64,000 bases of DNA from Azolla caroliniana (GCA_043228905.1 JBHGNT010000012.1:20336001-20400000), one strand, 5' to 3'; positions 25,780 through 39,728 are shown, counted from the stretch's first letter. Notes: generated from the letters alone by a model not told the origin. Numbers and translations are program-made.

Positions 25780-27240
25780 AATAAGTGAAGTCCTTGCCAT
25801 CGGTTTTTAAAGGCCACTTGACGTTGCCACAGAACATCAGTCGAACCTTTCTTGTTGAAATTCAAATAATGCATGTAAACATACTTGCGAAAAGGCATCC
25901 CCAAGGAAAATATGTGGCACGGTATGATTGTCATTGTGCAAGTGACCTAAGAACATTTGGTAAAGGCACTCGAAAGATCAAGTTATCAAAGCATCGTGGA
26001 TGCACATTTAATGTAAATTTGAGATAGAACATATCAATTTAAGTATACAACCATGATATTAGACATGTCCTAGGATCTTGTCATGATGTCTATCAATTGC
26101 CTATATATCTAAACGTATAAATTGTTGCATGGATAAAGTTGTTTATGTTGGATGTGCAATGCATGTCGCCAAGCTGATCATTAGGAAAAAAACTTTTCAC
26201 AAGTCTATGGATACTCCATTAGAAGTTGTGTATCATAGATTCTAAGGAGGTGCATAATAAAACCAGCAAGCTAAATATTAGAAATGCACTATTATAATAT
26301 TATTGTGCTTCAATGACATAAGATGTGAATGCATTGAAATCTCAAGGGAAAGTGGTTCATGTTCAACCATACATACATGATCCAAATGGATCTCCAACTC
26401 GACAATTGTTTATCGTGATAACTCAATACCAATGGATGTTGGAGATGCGTAAGCATTTGTTTTGTAATAATGGTTGGGGAATCAACTCCGCCTTCAAGAC
26501 CATCAATTCGGATTGCTATTATATGCAGTAGTTGCATGAAATAATATGGGTATTATCATCCCACTTTGGTATATGCGTTGTTGCTTAGATTGGGGTCAAA
26601 TCTTGAGCAACTTGCATTGAAACTTGCTTGAAAAATGATCTTTGCAAGGATGTTGAGTGTGAGACCAAATGCTATTGTAATAGACAAATCTTGAATGAAA
26701 TATAATGCAATAATTAATGTTATTAGTCACAAGTCACGACCCACAAAGTTGGGTTTATGTGGCTAGTGAAAAGAAAGAAACATCGAGCTTTCTTTTATTG
26801 TGTTGGTTTCACGTTATGAAAGCTTGGGTTGATAACTTGCTATCCTAAGTCAATATAGTTGAAAGAAACAAGTTATACAACCAATACATTATTATAGTGA
26901 ATGTGATTTCAATGTTATGTGAGAGGAGATCATTCAAGAATACAAAACGAAAGAGTTTGTGAGTATATAAATGTATGTGCCAACCAATACATTATTATAG
27001 TGAATCTGATTTCAATGTTATGTGCGAGGAGGTCGTTCAAGAATACAAAACGAAGGAGTTTGCGAGTATATAGGAGGAGGATGGTGTGGAATGCATTGTG
27101 AGTGGAGAAGTCTATGGCCAAAGTTTGGTTATTTATTTGCGTATGGACACGTTGACACTACTAACGTTGTGGAAAGATAGTAATACATAGCTTTGAGGGG
27201 AAGACTTAACTAGCTACTATGTGGGACTAACAAGGTTCAA
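25780..27240 (+). mobile_element. Degenerate Mutator-like (MULE) transposase
   Basis: FAR1/WRKY-like N-terminal segment (YDCHC...LSKHRGCTFNV), then NAIVIDK, CWFHVMKAW (CxxH motif, ~26800) and DTTNVVER (~27155). Interrupted by stops and frameshifts. Confidence 0.7.
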
Positions 27241-29069
27241 TGTTTGCTTTGTAATGGCTTGACTATGATTTCAAGGGACTTCAATGTTGCAAAAGTTGTG
27301 GGTGTATTTTGCCAATCACTAAACAAGAACAAATGGATAATCTCTGAAATTTCCATTATATATGTGATCGTGGAAATCTCTATATGTGATATCTTTGAAT
27401 CTTGAAATGATGAAAGCAACAAAAGTTTGCACATACATGTCATTGCAACAGACTTACAACACGATATTTTTATCTTTGAAATATTACAACAAAAGTGTGC
27501 ATATACAATAATTTACAACATAATTTTTTCATCTCTAAATATTACAATCTATACCTCTTATAGAAAATGATTATACAAAACTGAATCTTGCAATTTAAAA
27601 TAGAAGTTTGCATATATGTACGAAAAGTTACAACATAATTTTTTACAATAGCATTTCGGCATCAGAATTATGACAAGTTTGAGTCATTGGAATTCACATT
27701 ATCAAAAAAATTTATCTCTAAAATCTACATGGCGGAAATAATTATTCACATTGTTTTCGTTTACAATTATTTGCATCGTTTGCATTTTCAAAAACCAAAT
27801 ATTGCAAAAACATTGAATAATGGTACCCCTAAAACATGGCATGCCCATCGAGCCATACCAACACGTAAGAACTCCACGTCATTGTGAATTGAAATTAGAC
27901 GCCATTTAAAAGGCGGTCTCTAAATAATGAATTATGAAATACAAGACACATACCAATACAAGAGGTGTTGATTCCAAGCCCTATAATAACTCCTCAATAG
28001 AGCATTATAATCCAACGCATCAAATAATAGCCACAGCTTATACCATTGGGTTGTGATAGTATATAGATCTCTTGATGTTGGTTCTCCAATATGATCTTTT
28101 GCTCTTTTGTGCTACTTCAAACATTGGTTATACATAATCGCATCAAATTCCTTATTGTGTAATGTATCCATGAATACTAAATCCCACTCTCCACTTTTTG
28201 TTTGCATTCAACCCATTAGGACCATGATTCATGATTTTGATCGAAAGAACCCAATGTTCAGCATGCAACGTGGGTACGAAAGCCAAATTCTTATCTCGTG
28301 GCACAAGTCTAAGCATGTCCTCCACACCATATTGTTTTGTTGTAGAAAATGTTTGAATCCTTTATGTACTTGCTATCTCTACTTTGTGTTCATAAAGTCT
28401 TTAATTGTTATGTTTCACAACAATAGCAAGAAAGATTTTCAACCCTCTACATGCAATTTGGAACATGCTCACAAATCAATATACTTAGAGATGAACTTTT
28501 ACATCAATTAAACAAGCAGCTTAAAATATGCTCCAAGTCATGAGCTGGAATATTTTAATTACCACTGATTTCATTCGCGCAGAATCTCTTGATTAACACG
28601 GATCGTGTCACTTGATTTTTTTTTGTAATTGGCACAAAATTTGTATCAAAACAGTGCTGATCGTACTAGATTGACTGTAAACACATATCAGCACTAATGT
28701 TTCAATACACTATTGTTTATTCATTTATTTAAGATGGAACTTTTCACTAAATAGCCCACTTCATCTAATTAGAACTAATGTTAAAACCAATAAGCGGACA
28801 TGAGAATAATTATACTAGTAAAAATAATATTTAGCTTTAATTCTCATCACACTTAGCATTCTCAAGCACTACTCTCATTACTGTCATTTTTTTATATCAT
28901 CATTAATCCAATAGCTAAAGAAAAATTAGTTTAGTACATCAGTTATTTATACAGGATTTGTTTTTTATTTTTCTGTTCTTACTTCTTTACTTAATAATGA
29001 ACGCAGATGCTACAATCAAAGTAACCTTATGTGATTATAAGAAGACGGCAACAACCTGCATCTATTGAA

Positions 29070-29800
29070 GCCATAATTAACCTTGCTAAATATGTGCCAA
29101 CTTCGAATTGGCCTGTTCTTAATCATGGCCCATGTTCTAATTGACTTCACTTAAACATTACCCATGTTCTGATGAATACATTAACCAATATCACATTCTG
29201 ATTTACTTCCATCTAATTAGCAGCTTAATCTATGTTCACATTCTAATATGCTCCATGACCCACTTCTAATCTATGGAATCAAGTCCCACCTCAAATTACC
29301 CTTCCGATCATAATATACATTCTAATTACCTTAAGCACGTCTCACATTCTAACTCAGCTTAATCTATGTCCACATTCTAATGTGCATACCACAATCATGA
29401 CCCACTTCTAACTCACCCAACGGAATCATATCCCACCTCAAATTACCCTTCCAATCATGATATACATTCCAATTACCTTAAGCACATCTCACATTTTAAC
29501 TGCCATCTTTAACATGACCTAAATTCGAATTAACCCACTCAAATCAAGAACATTGATTAGCGTCTGGTTTAATCATGCCTCAGTTTCTAATTATACCCTT
29601 AATCATCACCTTCATTCTAATTTGCCTACATCAAACATGCCCCACCTGATAATCCTATGTTAATCAGAACCCATTACTCTAAATAGCCTCTTCAATGAAG
29701 CCTTAAATTCAAATTCGGCTCCCTAATCATGACCCAAGATTCTGATTAGCCTCCCTGGCGATGATCTTCAATCATGTTCCATACAATAATCAACTTTAAT
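29070..29800. repeat. Degenerate ~30-bp minisatellite (TAATT..CT-TAATCATG.CCCACATTC) with a higher-order repeat
   Basis: About 20 diverged units. Block ~29214-29349 is repeated at ~29350-29496. Confidence 0.8.
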
Positions 29801-30402
29801 CATGCGCTCTTAACAACCCTGTCTCACTTCCATTCCTTCAAATAATGTTGTCTTCTTTTCAAAATGTGGAGAAAGAGTATAAAAAATTAAGCCTTCATAT
29901 GATTGCAACCAGATTTTAGGACACATACTGATAACCAGATAAAATTAGAAGAAAACGAATGGGAATTATCCTTGCATAAAAAGGAATGTGACATTGATTC
30001 ATTCAACAATAAGCTAAATTCACAATCATAGATCTTCTGCATTGGCAATAGAGGTGTGGATACTATCTAACTTTTCATTGCAGTGGCTTGAATTATAAGA
30101 CACTGATTCAACCCCTTACATGGAAGATTCCATCCATGTTCATACTGTCTTCCTTTTATTTTGCAAAAGCCTACAGACCTTTCCAAAAGCATCTGTTCAT
30201 TCAGCTTATTAGTCACAATTGTGACCATAACTCAGGGATATCTCCCTATTGTTGGTGTCGCTTCATTACTATACAGTTTTGAAACATGAATCTGTTGAGA
30301 CCACATTCTGGTCCATCTTTCCATGTTACAAAACAATATTATATTAGGCTGCAGATCAAAGAAAACCCATTCTTTCTCACTTTTTCCTGTTGCAAGAAAC
30401 TA

Positions 30403-33400
30403 TTAGCTCCCAGACGCAATTGCGACTGAACTAGGAGGAGACTGCGGTTGTAGCCCATCATCAAGATCGAATTCAGCAGCATTCATAAGCTTCACGTCTT
30501 CATCCCACATGAAGTTTGGAGCTTTATGCTATATGTTAAGGTCTCGCAATTCGAAGATAGACATATATTAATAAGTTCTCAAAAATTGTAGAAACATTTC
30601 CGAACACAATTGCAAATTTTTAACACTTAGGTGATTTCTGGTAAATAATGAATGAGTTGGGTGTATTTTGGTGTTTTACCCTACTTATCCATTGAAAAAC
30701 TTCACACATTCAAATCTTAGTTGCTCCATTTCTAAGGATACGATCACTCCTCCACATGTCAGTTATACCAACACCCTCATCAGAGAGCAACCAGTAGTCT
30801 GCCTCAGTCTGCAAGTCAAACAATTCCACAAAGAGGGATGTCAAACTTCATCAATATAGTTTCAGGATGATGATTACGTATGCAAAATAACTTACATTAA
30901 CATCCGATGGTACTATTCTCATGATACCAGTAGAATCTTGAGGAATGGAAAAGTCTGAACACAACGGATGACCAGCAAGGTTCTCAGCTTGAAAATTGTT
31001 TTGGGTAGATTCTGGAACCACAGCCATTGCATTATCGGAAGGTCCAATGCTAGGATGACTCGTCACTTGAGGCAGTTCTACATCGTTCACTTCCTCAAAC
31101 TTCTCTTCAAACCGGCTGGCCAGGAGCAGTGAACAGAAAGAATGTTTCAATCTTAAAGAAAACATATTGTTGAGGAGATAATAAGTGATATAGCCTAATG
31201 AATTATGGTTAAGACTAATAGATAATATCCACATCATCACTCACAAATTATGGTGCCCACTATTTCTCTAGTATATATATGAACCTTGGTTAATAAATAA
31301 AACAAAAGAGAATCTGAATTTTTCTTGAATATCTTGTAGACTTAATAATCTTTAACTGTTTATATATTAAGTAAGATTTATGAAAACCTTTCACATATAC
31401 CTCACAAGATAAACATCAATTGGTCCGGTGGCACTTTGCAAGAGTACTTGGTAGCGTCTTTGTGGGTACTCAAGTGCCTGCAGTGCACAAAAAGAATTCA
31501 TATTTCATTTACAATCTAATCATGAAAATCTATAATCCACCTAATTAAAAAACATAATTATAGCAGCACTAAAAAATTATGCAACCTCATCAGGATCAGG
31601 GACTTCCAATGTGGTCCCATGAGGAGCTTTTACTGCTATCAGTGTTTCATTCTGGAATAGAGCAGGAAAAAGGGGTATTATTTTAATATGCAATATGTAT
31701 CTGAACAGCTTTCAAAGCACTAATCACGCCTCCATCCCTCTACCTGAAAGCATGGCAAATTCTTTATATCATCCTCAGTAACATAAAGCCATCTGAAGAG
31801 ATGCTAGATTTAAGTTGAAACACCGAGGCCAAAACTATGTTACTGATAAATGCTCAACGAAAAACATAAGAGGCAATGTCATCCCCAAATTGCACACTTG
31901 TCACAAAATCCCACAAAATGTAGAATAGAATTAAACCAGAGTAGTGATCCAAAGGATACTGTTTATTGCTATCATCCTCACTGATTCTTCGCAGTCGCTC
32001 CCGTGCTTCCCTACACAATGTCTGAGTTGAGACACAATGTTCACATACTAAGAAAACAGGAGAAGGAAGAGATCAGACCTTATGCAATCATCCAGCCTTC
32101 TCTCTTCAATGTGTAAATTTTCCAACTTTGCCTGTGAATTACCATTATGGATGAGAATTTGATACGTTGACTTCAATCATTGAGCCCTGAATTGAAGGAT
32201 ATAACCAGACCTGAAGGAAGATTGATTCATTTGTTTCTGATGAGTTTTCTTCAACATGACCCCTGTACTCAAAAAATCAAGGAATGATATCTCAATTTCT
32301 GACGAGTTCCATAAAAGCATCAAAAAATATAAGTCAAGTGGAAAACTATTTATTCATGCGTGGTAAATTATATACATCAGAACACTGAGGAGAGAATTTT
32401 CAGCTCACAAGTAATGAGGCCAAAAAAGTGTTCACCTCCATGGTGGAAGACTGAAGAGAAAATTACATGATTGCTCACATAAGCAAGAATAAAGCCCAAA
32501 TACAACCTACAAGGGATCAGTGCTTTATGACTAGAGTTCCTAAATCAAACTATGAACTGAATGTTGCAATACCATCCACAGGTCAAAACAATAATGGACT
32601 ATAAAAAAAATGTGAAAGTAGAATTAACACTTCACAAAAATGGTCAATATTATAACAGAAGGATTACTTCTGCTTTCACATTTTCTTTATTTTTGTTCAT
32701 GACCAAGGGCCTGATCACACCACATTGCTTCGGCAATCAATAAAAACACATTTTCGAAAAATAATGAAGGATAAATTAGGCAAACATGAAGCAAAGAGAT
32801 ATTAGATCAGAAGTTTATCACAACTAAGCACACTGTCCTACAGCTGAGCAGAACCACTAGATTGGGAGTCAGAAAGGAATATTTAAAAGATCTGCTCAGT
32901 TAGTCTAAATGAGTGCTTACTTCCAGCGTATCCTGTTTTTCAGCTTCTTTTCAATCAAACCTATACCTTCAAGGACATTTGTAATATCATAAATTCTGCG
33001 CTTTTGTACCTGTGCCATCCAGACAACTATCATAACCCAGATTGAGTGATGCAAACACAAAAACGTCAAAATAAGATCAGAAATATACATTTAATGTATC
33101 TGCTGCTATGTTTAAATCAAGGACTCCATCTTCTGCTTCCTTCAGCAATTTGATAAATTTCTTTGTAAGCAAACCTAAAATTTTCCTGCATGTATTAGAA
33201 ATGCACAAATATTGCAAACTGGAAGGTACTAACACAGAAGGTAATATACCAAGAGAGCTGTCATAGCGACAAGAGCTAATAGGAGTCTGAACCTTCGTAG
33301 AGGGTGATCCTACATCCAGAATGATAAAATCACAATCAATCTTTTACACATCAAGGTAGAGGATGCACGTACTATAAAATGTCAGATAATACCACCGGTA

Positions 33401-36400
33401 TTTGATGAAGGTGTTTGAGATCCCAAATTTGCATGTCTAGAAGATCTAGCACGGCTAACTTTTCTAGCAGGCTTTTCTGAACTGGGAGTTGTAGAAGGAC
33501 TTCCATGAGCTTCAGCATATGGTGGGGCTTTGTCAGCTTGAAATTTGTTCATCTCCGTCGCATAACCCTTACTCATGTCTGATGTACTCATTACCTGTTA
33601 CATGTCACGTTGTTTAAGATATGGCTGGAAGAAAAATATTTCTAGATACGTGGACATTTGCAATCTCGCTCATCAATTTGAGCCAACAATCCATGGCCTA
33701 CAAGAGATGTATCTCTTATAGATCCATTATTGATTGTTGAGATCACCTACACGTTTACGAGGTGTATTCAGTCACAGTGAAAATTTAAAGAAAATACATC
33801 CATATTCACTACAAATATTTGATCAGATTTTAAGCTTTTCAAAGTAGAACTCTAAATAAGTTTGTCAGCAAATTACATGTCAATTCACAAAAATATGACC
33901 ATAAAGTTTTCATCAATCACATCCTCAACTACTTAACGTTTTAGTTACTATTCGTTCAGCATGACATTCAAGACAAGTAATGCTTGATGTTATAAACGTT
34001 AACCTGCGTGCAATGTGATGTGTTAGCTTTGTAAAATAAAGCTTACATGAGTAGCCTTCCATCCTACTCATCCATAAATGGTAAATACAATCGGGAAACG
34101 TTCACAGAAACAGCATGATATAAAAGACACTACTGCTATCTTAGTTTGACAGGTCTATAGGGGGATAGAACACAACTTTGAGTTAGTTTTTATTGTTTAG
34201 TATAACCAACTTTGCTACCTTAGTTTGAGAGTAATCTATGTGCTAACGTCTACATAATGATATAGACATATACAACTCCTAAAGCATTGTTGCTGGTTTT
34301 TGAAATTTAATTATTTCTATGAACCCTAAATCTTAAGTCACAATGCAGGAGTCTTCTTTATGCCGTTGACTCTTATTTCTCTATATTCGCATATTTTCAG
34401 ATGTAATGGTAAAAGTTTGCCTCAATGTAAAAGGTTAAAGTTCAATGCTACATCTCATAACATTAGTTTTTATGTTACAATTAATCTGGATATCTTGATC
34501 AATGCTGGAAACTGACAAATTATACTTTCATATATGCAATAATATTATTTCGAAACTATTATAGCCAGCATAACCCACCACATCAATTTCAGATTTTGCT
34601 GGCACAAACAAAATTTTGTTGCATCATACATTTATGAAGAATGCGCCTACTAATTAAACATATTAGCACAACATGGAAATGTTTCTGAATGTACCTGTAA
34701 CCCATAATCTAAAAATAAAATCAATACCAGAGCAGATACCATAAAACAAATGCTGCAGAAATTATACTTGTTATCTTGCTTGAAAAATATTTGCAATTTG
34801 CTACAACTACTGTAAAAAATCCATTTCATTATCTTCCAAAAAAACCCAGATATACTTTGAAGCAAAGATACACTGTTATACACACACACATAATTATAAC
34901 CTCATCCTACTCCTATATTTCCTATTTGGACAGCCATATCCAATTTTTCTGAGACACCCATTTCTAGGTTGCAAACATTTTGTGCCATTTAGGTTGCAGA
35001 GCCCCTGGAATCTGGTTGTTATTAAATTGTGAATAAAAATGGAACCAGTTCAGACACTTGAGTGAGGGGACAGCTTCTTCCACAAGGCAATAAATCAAAT
35101 CCTCTAGACATTAACATTGAATACACATACAGTCATTTCTAGGTTGCAAACGTTTTGTGTCACTTAGGGTGCAGAGCCCCTGGAGTCTGGTTGTTATTCT
35201 GTTGTGAATAAAAAGGAAACCAGTTCAGACCTTTGCGACAGGGGAGAGTTTCTTCCACCCAGCAATCAATCAAATTCCATAAACATTAGCATTGAATACC
35301 CATGGTGCCATTTCTAGGTTGGAAATGTTTTCTGCAATTTAGTTTGCAGGAAACCACTTCAGGCCCTAGCAAGAAAGAATGAGAAGCTTCGTCAAATGTT
35401 GCAAATAAAAAAAATTGGCATTGCCATTGGATAACCATGGGGTATTACACAAAATTTCAGACAAAACACCACATGCTTGTCTACAAGCCATGTTGCTTAA
35501 ACCCATTGCCTGTATTATTGACCAATTGAGCTCAGTGTTGTATAAACAAAACTATATTATTGCCCAAGTAATTCTTCATGCACATACTTCTTGCACACAT
35601 ACAAGATCATCATCTTGACTTTGTGAACAGATTTACAAATTTCACGCCTGATTAATGTTGAAGGCTGTCCATTATCAGACCCTCAAACCTCAAAACAGCG
35701 TGGAAAAGTTCTAGCTCCCCTTTATCTCGTTAAAGAGGTTACAGAACATATATCAATTGCTATGATTCACACCCAAATCCCTCCATGCTACAAGAAAGGC
35801 ATCTCATTACAAGATTTGCAATCAATCCTATGCTCTTGAGGTTGACGTTATCATAAGTTTATAATGTAAATGACAAAATTTGTTGCAATATACAACAGCA
35901 AGCCAATGTTTTCACACCCTTCTACTGTGCCACAAGAGAATCCAATAATAACTCAAAACAGCATTTAACTCAGAAAAACAAGACAACGTGCCTGGACACA
36001 TAGCACTCGTGAAAAAGAAAGCAAACATCTCCCGAATAGATCAGAGACAAGAATTAGGCAGAGGAAACAACATTTGACTCACATGCACTATAAACCCTGA
36101 GCTTCTCATAAAAATGTTTAACATCATCACAGGGATAAAAAAAAACGATGGAAAACCACACAGAAGGTGAGAGACAAGCCAAGGGCCAGAGAAATACAGC
36201 AAGTTTTAACTCAGAAAATAAGAAAGAGGGAAGGCAATCCTCCTGAGAAAGCATGCTGAACATCGACAGTCTTGGAAAAAATGCCCCACGATAGGTAAGA
36301 AACATGAGAGAGCCAACAGAAGAATACAAACAAAATTTGACTCAGAGTAAACAATATTTAGTTTTAACTGGGAAAGAAAGTGCAGAACCAGATTCTCAAA

Positions 36401-36995
36401 TACATGCTAAACATTGCTTAAAACAGGATTTAACTCGTACAACGCTGGATTCAAGTCAGATAAATAACATTTCGAGAACAGTAGAGAGAGAGAATTTGTA
36501 AATTTCAGATTAGGTTATACTAATCTGAAGTCATCAAAAAGCTTGATTCTTAATTTGGACAAGACAGTGAAGAGGGCGAGATTATAGACACAAAAAGAAG
36601 GGAGACGATGTTCAGAACATATTTAGAAGGAAGATCGAGCTTACTTGGAATTGAGATTGAGACAGAGAAGCGATGGGATCAGATTCATCGCTGTGGAAGT
36701 TTCCATTCTTTCTTCTGATAGCCTCCGATGGTGCTCCAGGCTCCACGAAACGATGATAATCTCCGGCAAGAGCAAACGCAGGCCTCGAAGAAGTGAAAGG
36801 AATACTGAGTGAGCTCGACAAAGAAGAAGAAGAAGAAGACAATGACGAGGATGAAGAGAAGTTTTGTACAGTCGTGTGTTGGTTGAGAGGTGTGGATATA
36901 CCTCTTTTTGCAGGCATATGCTTGCTGTTGAGAGGTCGCAGAGAAGGAGGAGGGGGGGAGGAGGAGGAGGTGTCTGCTATGGCGATCTCCACCAT
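30403..36995 (-). CDS. E2F: Canonical E2F transcription factor (E2Fa/b-like). Exons 36995-36645, 33594-33393, 33309-33250, 33174-33089, 33009-32921, 32262-32211, 32131-32079, 32010-31960, 31792-31744, 31651-31586, 31477-31401, 31115-30896, 30808-30742, 30521-30403
   Basis: N-terminal GDYHRF; DNA-binding domain [54 protein letters not shown]; coiled coil; marked box [31 protein letters not shown]; RBR-binding DYWLLSD..ITDMW. GT-AG phases are consistent. The exon-2 acceptor is ambiguous (see findings). Confidence 0.93.
34959..35350. repeat. Diverged 175-bp tandem repeat (2 full copies plus 1 partial) in E2F intron 1
   Basis: CATTTCTAGGTTG recurs at 34959, 35134 and 35309 with alignable sequence between. 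Confidence 0.85.
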
Positions 36996-37570
36996 CGCTT
37001 GAAGGAAGGATGAGGGGGGAGAATCGCATAATCCAGATCTGCGGAGAAGGTGGAGGTGAAGAAGAAGATGAGTATGATGATGAAGAAGAAGATGAGGAGG
37101 AGGAGGAGGAAGAAGAAGAAGAAGAAGAAGAAATCAAAGACAGAGAATGAAGATGAAGATGAAGATGAAGATGAAGATGAAGATGAAGATGAAGATGAAG
37201 ATGGAGGTGAAGATGAAGATGAAGATGAGGAATGTTAATCAGAGCAGGAGGGAGACCCTGATTTTGAGTTATTTAGGGTTGTTGCAGAGGGAAACCCTAA
37301 TTCTGGTGGAGCTCCGGCTATGGCAGGCACGCAGACAGAATCATCAACACACACAGAGAGAAGCAGAGAAGCAGAAGCAACAGAGCAACAGAAATAATTA
37401 AGTTAATTATTTAATTAATTCAGTTAATTATTTATTTTATTTACTTATTTATTTTGCTTTTGTGTGTGTTTTCTGTGTTTTTTTGAATGAAGAAAGTTTG
37501 CCTCCTGTTGCGCGCGAACAAAAGAAAAATAATAGAAAATAAATAAATAAGTAAAAAAAAGGATTGTTTT

Positions 37571-37622
37571 TTTTTAGAGGAATTCCCAAAAATACCCCTG
37601 GGTTTTGGATATTCCCACAACA

Positions 37623-37672
<50 letters not shown>

Positions 37673-37823
37673 AAACCATATCTTCCTACTGCTTCCCCCC
37701 ATTCTGAGGGTTTTAGGGTTTTGTAAGGTTCTAGGGAGAAAAATAGCACACAAATAAATAAGTAGAATGATTTTAGAGAATTTCCCAAAAATACCCCTGG
37801 GTTTTGGATATTCCCACAACATG

Positions 37824-37889
<66 letters not shown>

Positions 37890-38041
37890 AAACCATATCT
37901 TCCTACTGCTTCCCCCCATTCTGAGGGTTTTAGGGTTTTGTAAGGTTCTAGGGAGAAAAATAGCACACAAATAAATAAGTAGAATGATTTTAGAGAATTT
38001 CCCAAAAATACCCCTGGGTTTTGGATATTCCCACAACATGC

Positions 38042-38072
<31 letters not shown>

Positions 38073-38078
38073 AAACCA
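37571..38078. repeat. ~200-217 bp tandem repeat (about 2.5 copies), each with a variable-length (CT)n tract, upstream of E2F
   Basis: TTCCCAAAAATACCCCTGGGTTTTGGATATTCCCACAACATGCC(CT)n occurs three times. Confidence 0.92.
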
Positions 38079-38094
38079 TCTTCAGCTTCCCTCA

Positions 38095-38440
38095 TGGTGA
38101 GGGTTTTAGGGGTTTTGGGGGCTTTAGGGTTTTGGGGTTTTAGGATTTAGGGGGAAACTTCTTCCTACTACTACCCCCATGCTAAGGGTTCTAGGGTTTT
38201 GAGGTATTAGGATTTAGGGGGGGAACTTCTTCCTACTACTACCCCCATGCTAAGGGTTCTAGGGTTTTGAGGTATTAGGATTTAGGAGGGAAACTTCTTC
38301 CTACTATTACCCTCGTGCTATGGGGTTCTAGGGTTTTGGGGGCTTTAGGGTTTCTGAGGTATTAGGATTTAGAGGGAAACTTCTCTCCCACTACTGCCCC
38401 CATGATGAGGGATTTTTAGGGTTTTGAGGTTTTAGGATTC
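38095..38440. repeat. ~62-80 bp tandem repeats rich in telomere-like TTTAGGG/TTTTAGGG
   Basis: AACTTCTTCCTACTACTACCCCCATGCTAAGGGTTCTAGGGTTTTGAGGTATTAGGATTTAGG occurs about four times. Confidence 0.85.
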
Positions 38441-38650
38441 CAAGTGGGAACTTGTGGGGTGTGTGTGTGTGTGGTGGAGGAGCATACATCCATTTAGAGA
38501 ATTTCTGTTCCACATAAAAGCGCAGGACCGTTTTTTGTTTTGTTTTAACAAGCAATGGAGTAGCCCCTCTTTCTTAGGAAGGAGTCATCACATACAAGAC
38601 AACGTGTTGATTTGGCTTCATTAGACACATTGGCTCGTTGTGGACGACGG

Positions 38651-38935
38651 TAGGCGTTGGCAATGGCTCAACTCAAGCTTGAACCAAGCCATTAAAACAT
38701 TTTTTAACGGTTTAGCAATTCGGTTCATTCAAGGTTGAGCTTCCTTAGCCGGTTTGAGCTCAGAGTGAACCGAATTGTTTTGGGCTATACCAAGTCCCAA
38801 ACCGGTTAAGGCTAAATTGATTTGGGAGCCGGTTTGGTTCAAGTTTGAAATTTCCCAAACCAGTTAAGGCTTAATTGATTGGTTTGGACAAGGCCAAACC
38901 GGTTAAACTGAAAACCGAACCGTTGTCTATTCCTA
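38651..38935. mobile_element. Non-autonomous hAT-like MITE
   Basis: Imperfect TIRs: TAGGCGTTGGCAATGG on the left and TAGGAATAGACAACGG as the reverse complement of the right end. AACCGGTT-rich body. No clear TSD. Confidence 0.6.
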
Positions 38936-39224
38936 GAGCACAGTACAAAGAACCTAGTCTATATTCTAGTTCTCAAGGTAAGCACACACTTATTGATGTT
39001 GGGCTCACTTCATGAGCTCCCGAGCTTGTCCACGTTACCTCTATAAACCAAGTGTGCAAAATAGTCGGTCTCTCTTATTCATGACCCTGAGCCCTAAACC
39101 ATCATCATCAACTACGCAGGGGCCTATCTGCATCGCCAAAATGAAAGCATAACATTTCAGCTTCCGATTGCACCTTTTTCCGATGTTTCTTGCAAACTAC
39201 GCCTTGCCACCAACATGTTGGGTG

Positions 39225-39247
39225 TAAACCCTAAACCCTAAACCCTA
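39225..39247. repeat. Interstitial plant telomeric repeat (TAAACCC)3
   Basis: TAAACCCTAAACCCTAAACCCTA read directly from the sequence. Confidence 0.85.
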
Positions 39248-39637
39248 TCAATCTCAAGCTCTCTAAACCCTAAATCCTATCAATCTCAAGCTCTCTAGAC
39301 CCTAAACACTATCAATCTCATGTTCTCAGGCTCAGGCTCGGGCTTGCTCTCTCGGATGGGATGGGTTTGGTAAGGTTTGATGTCTCCGATACCGAGACAC
39401 AAGACAAAGAAGAAGAAAGAAGAGAAATAAGGAAGAAGAAGAAGAAGGAAGAAGGAAGAAGGAAGAGAGGAGGAGGGTATTTCGGAGAATATTGGAAAAT
39501 TATGAATGTGTTCTTAGGAGAACCCTCGGAGGGTATTTTCGGCAATTACCAAAATCCCGCCGAACCCTAAAACCAGAAAGATAACCAAACAAAACAATAG
39601 AACGCTCTCACAGACAGATCTCTGAGTTTCCTGTGGG

Positions 39638-39646
39638 AAACCCTAA
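39638..39646 (+). promoter_or_regulatory. Telo-box AAACCCTAA upstream of SPC12 (a second copy at 37292-37300 lies upstream of the E2F ATG)
   Basis: Exact motif about 85 bp before the ATG. Confidence 0.45.
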
Positions 39647-39693
39647 TTTCGTTGTCTGTACACAGAGATCCATCCATCCATCCATTCATCTGC

Positions 39694-39727
<34 letters not shown>

Positions 39728-39728
<1 letters not shown>

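Noticed and set aside
29282-29292. snRNA USE-like motif GTCCCACCTCA
   Set aside because: It is one unit of the minisatellite, with no correctly spaced TATA box or snRNA sequence downstream.
36685-38095. ORFs with poly-S/E/K, MK and ER repeats
   Set aside because: Derived from (GAA)n, (GAAGAT)n and (CT)n repeats in the E2F leader and promoter.
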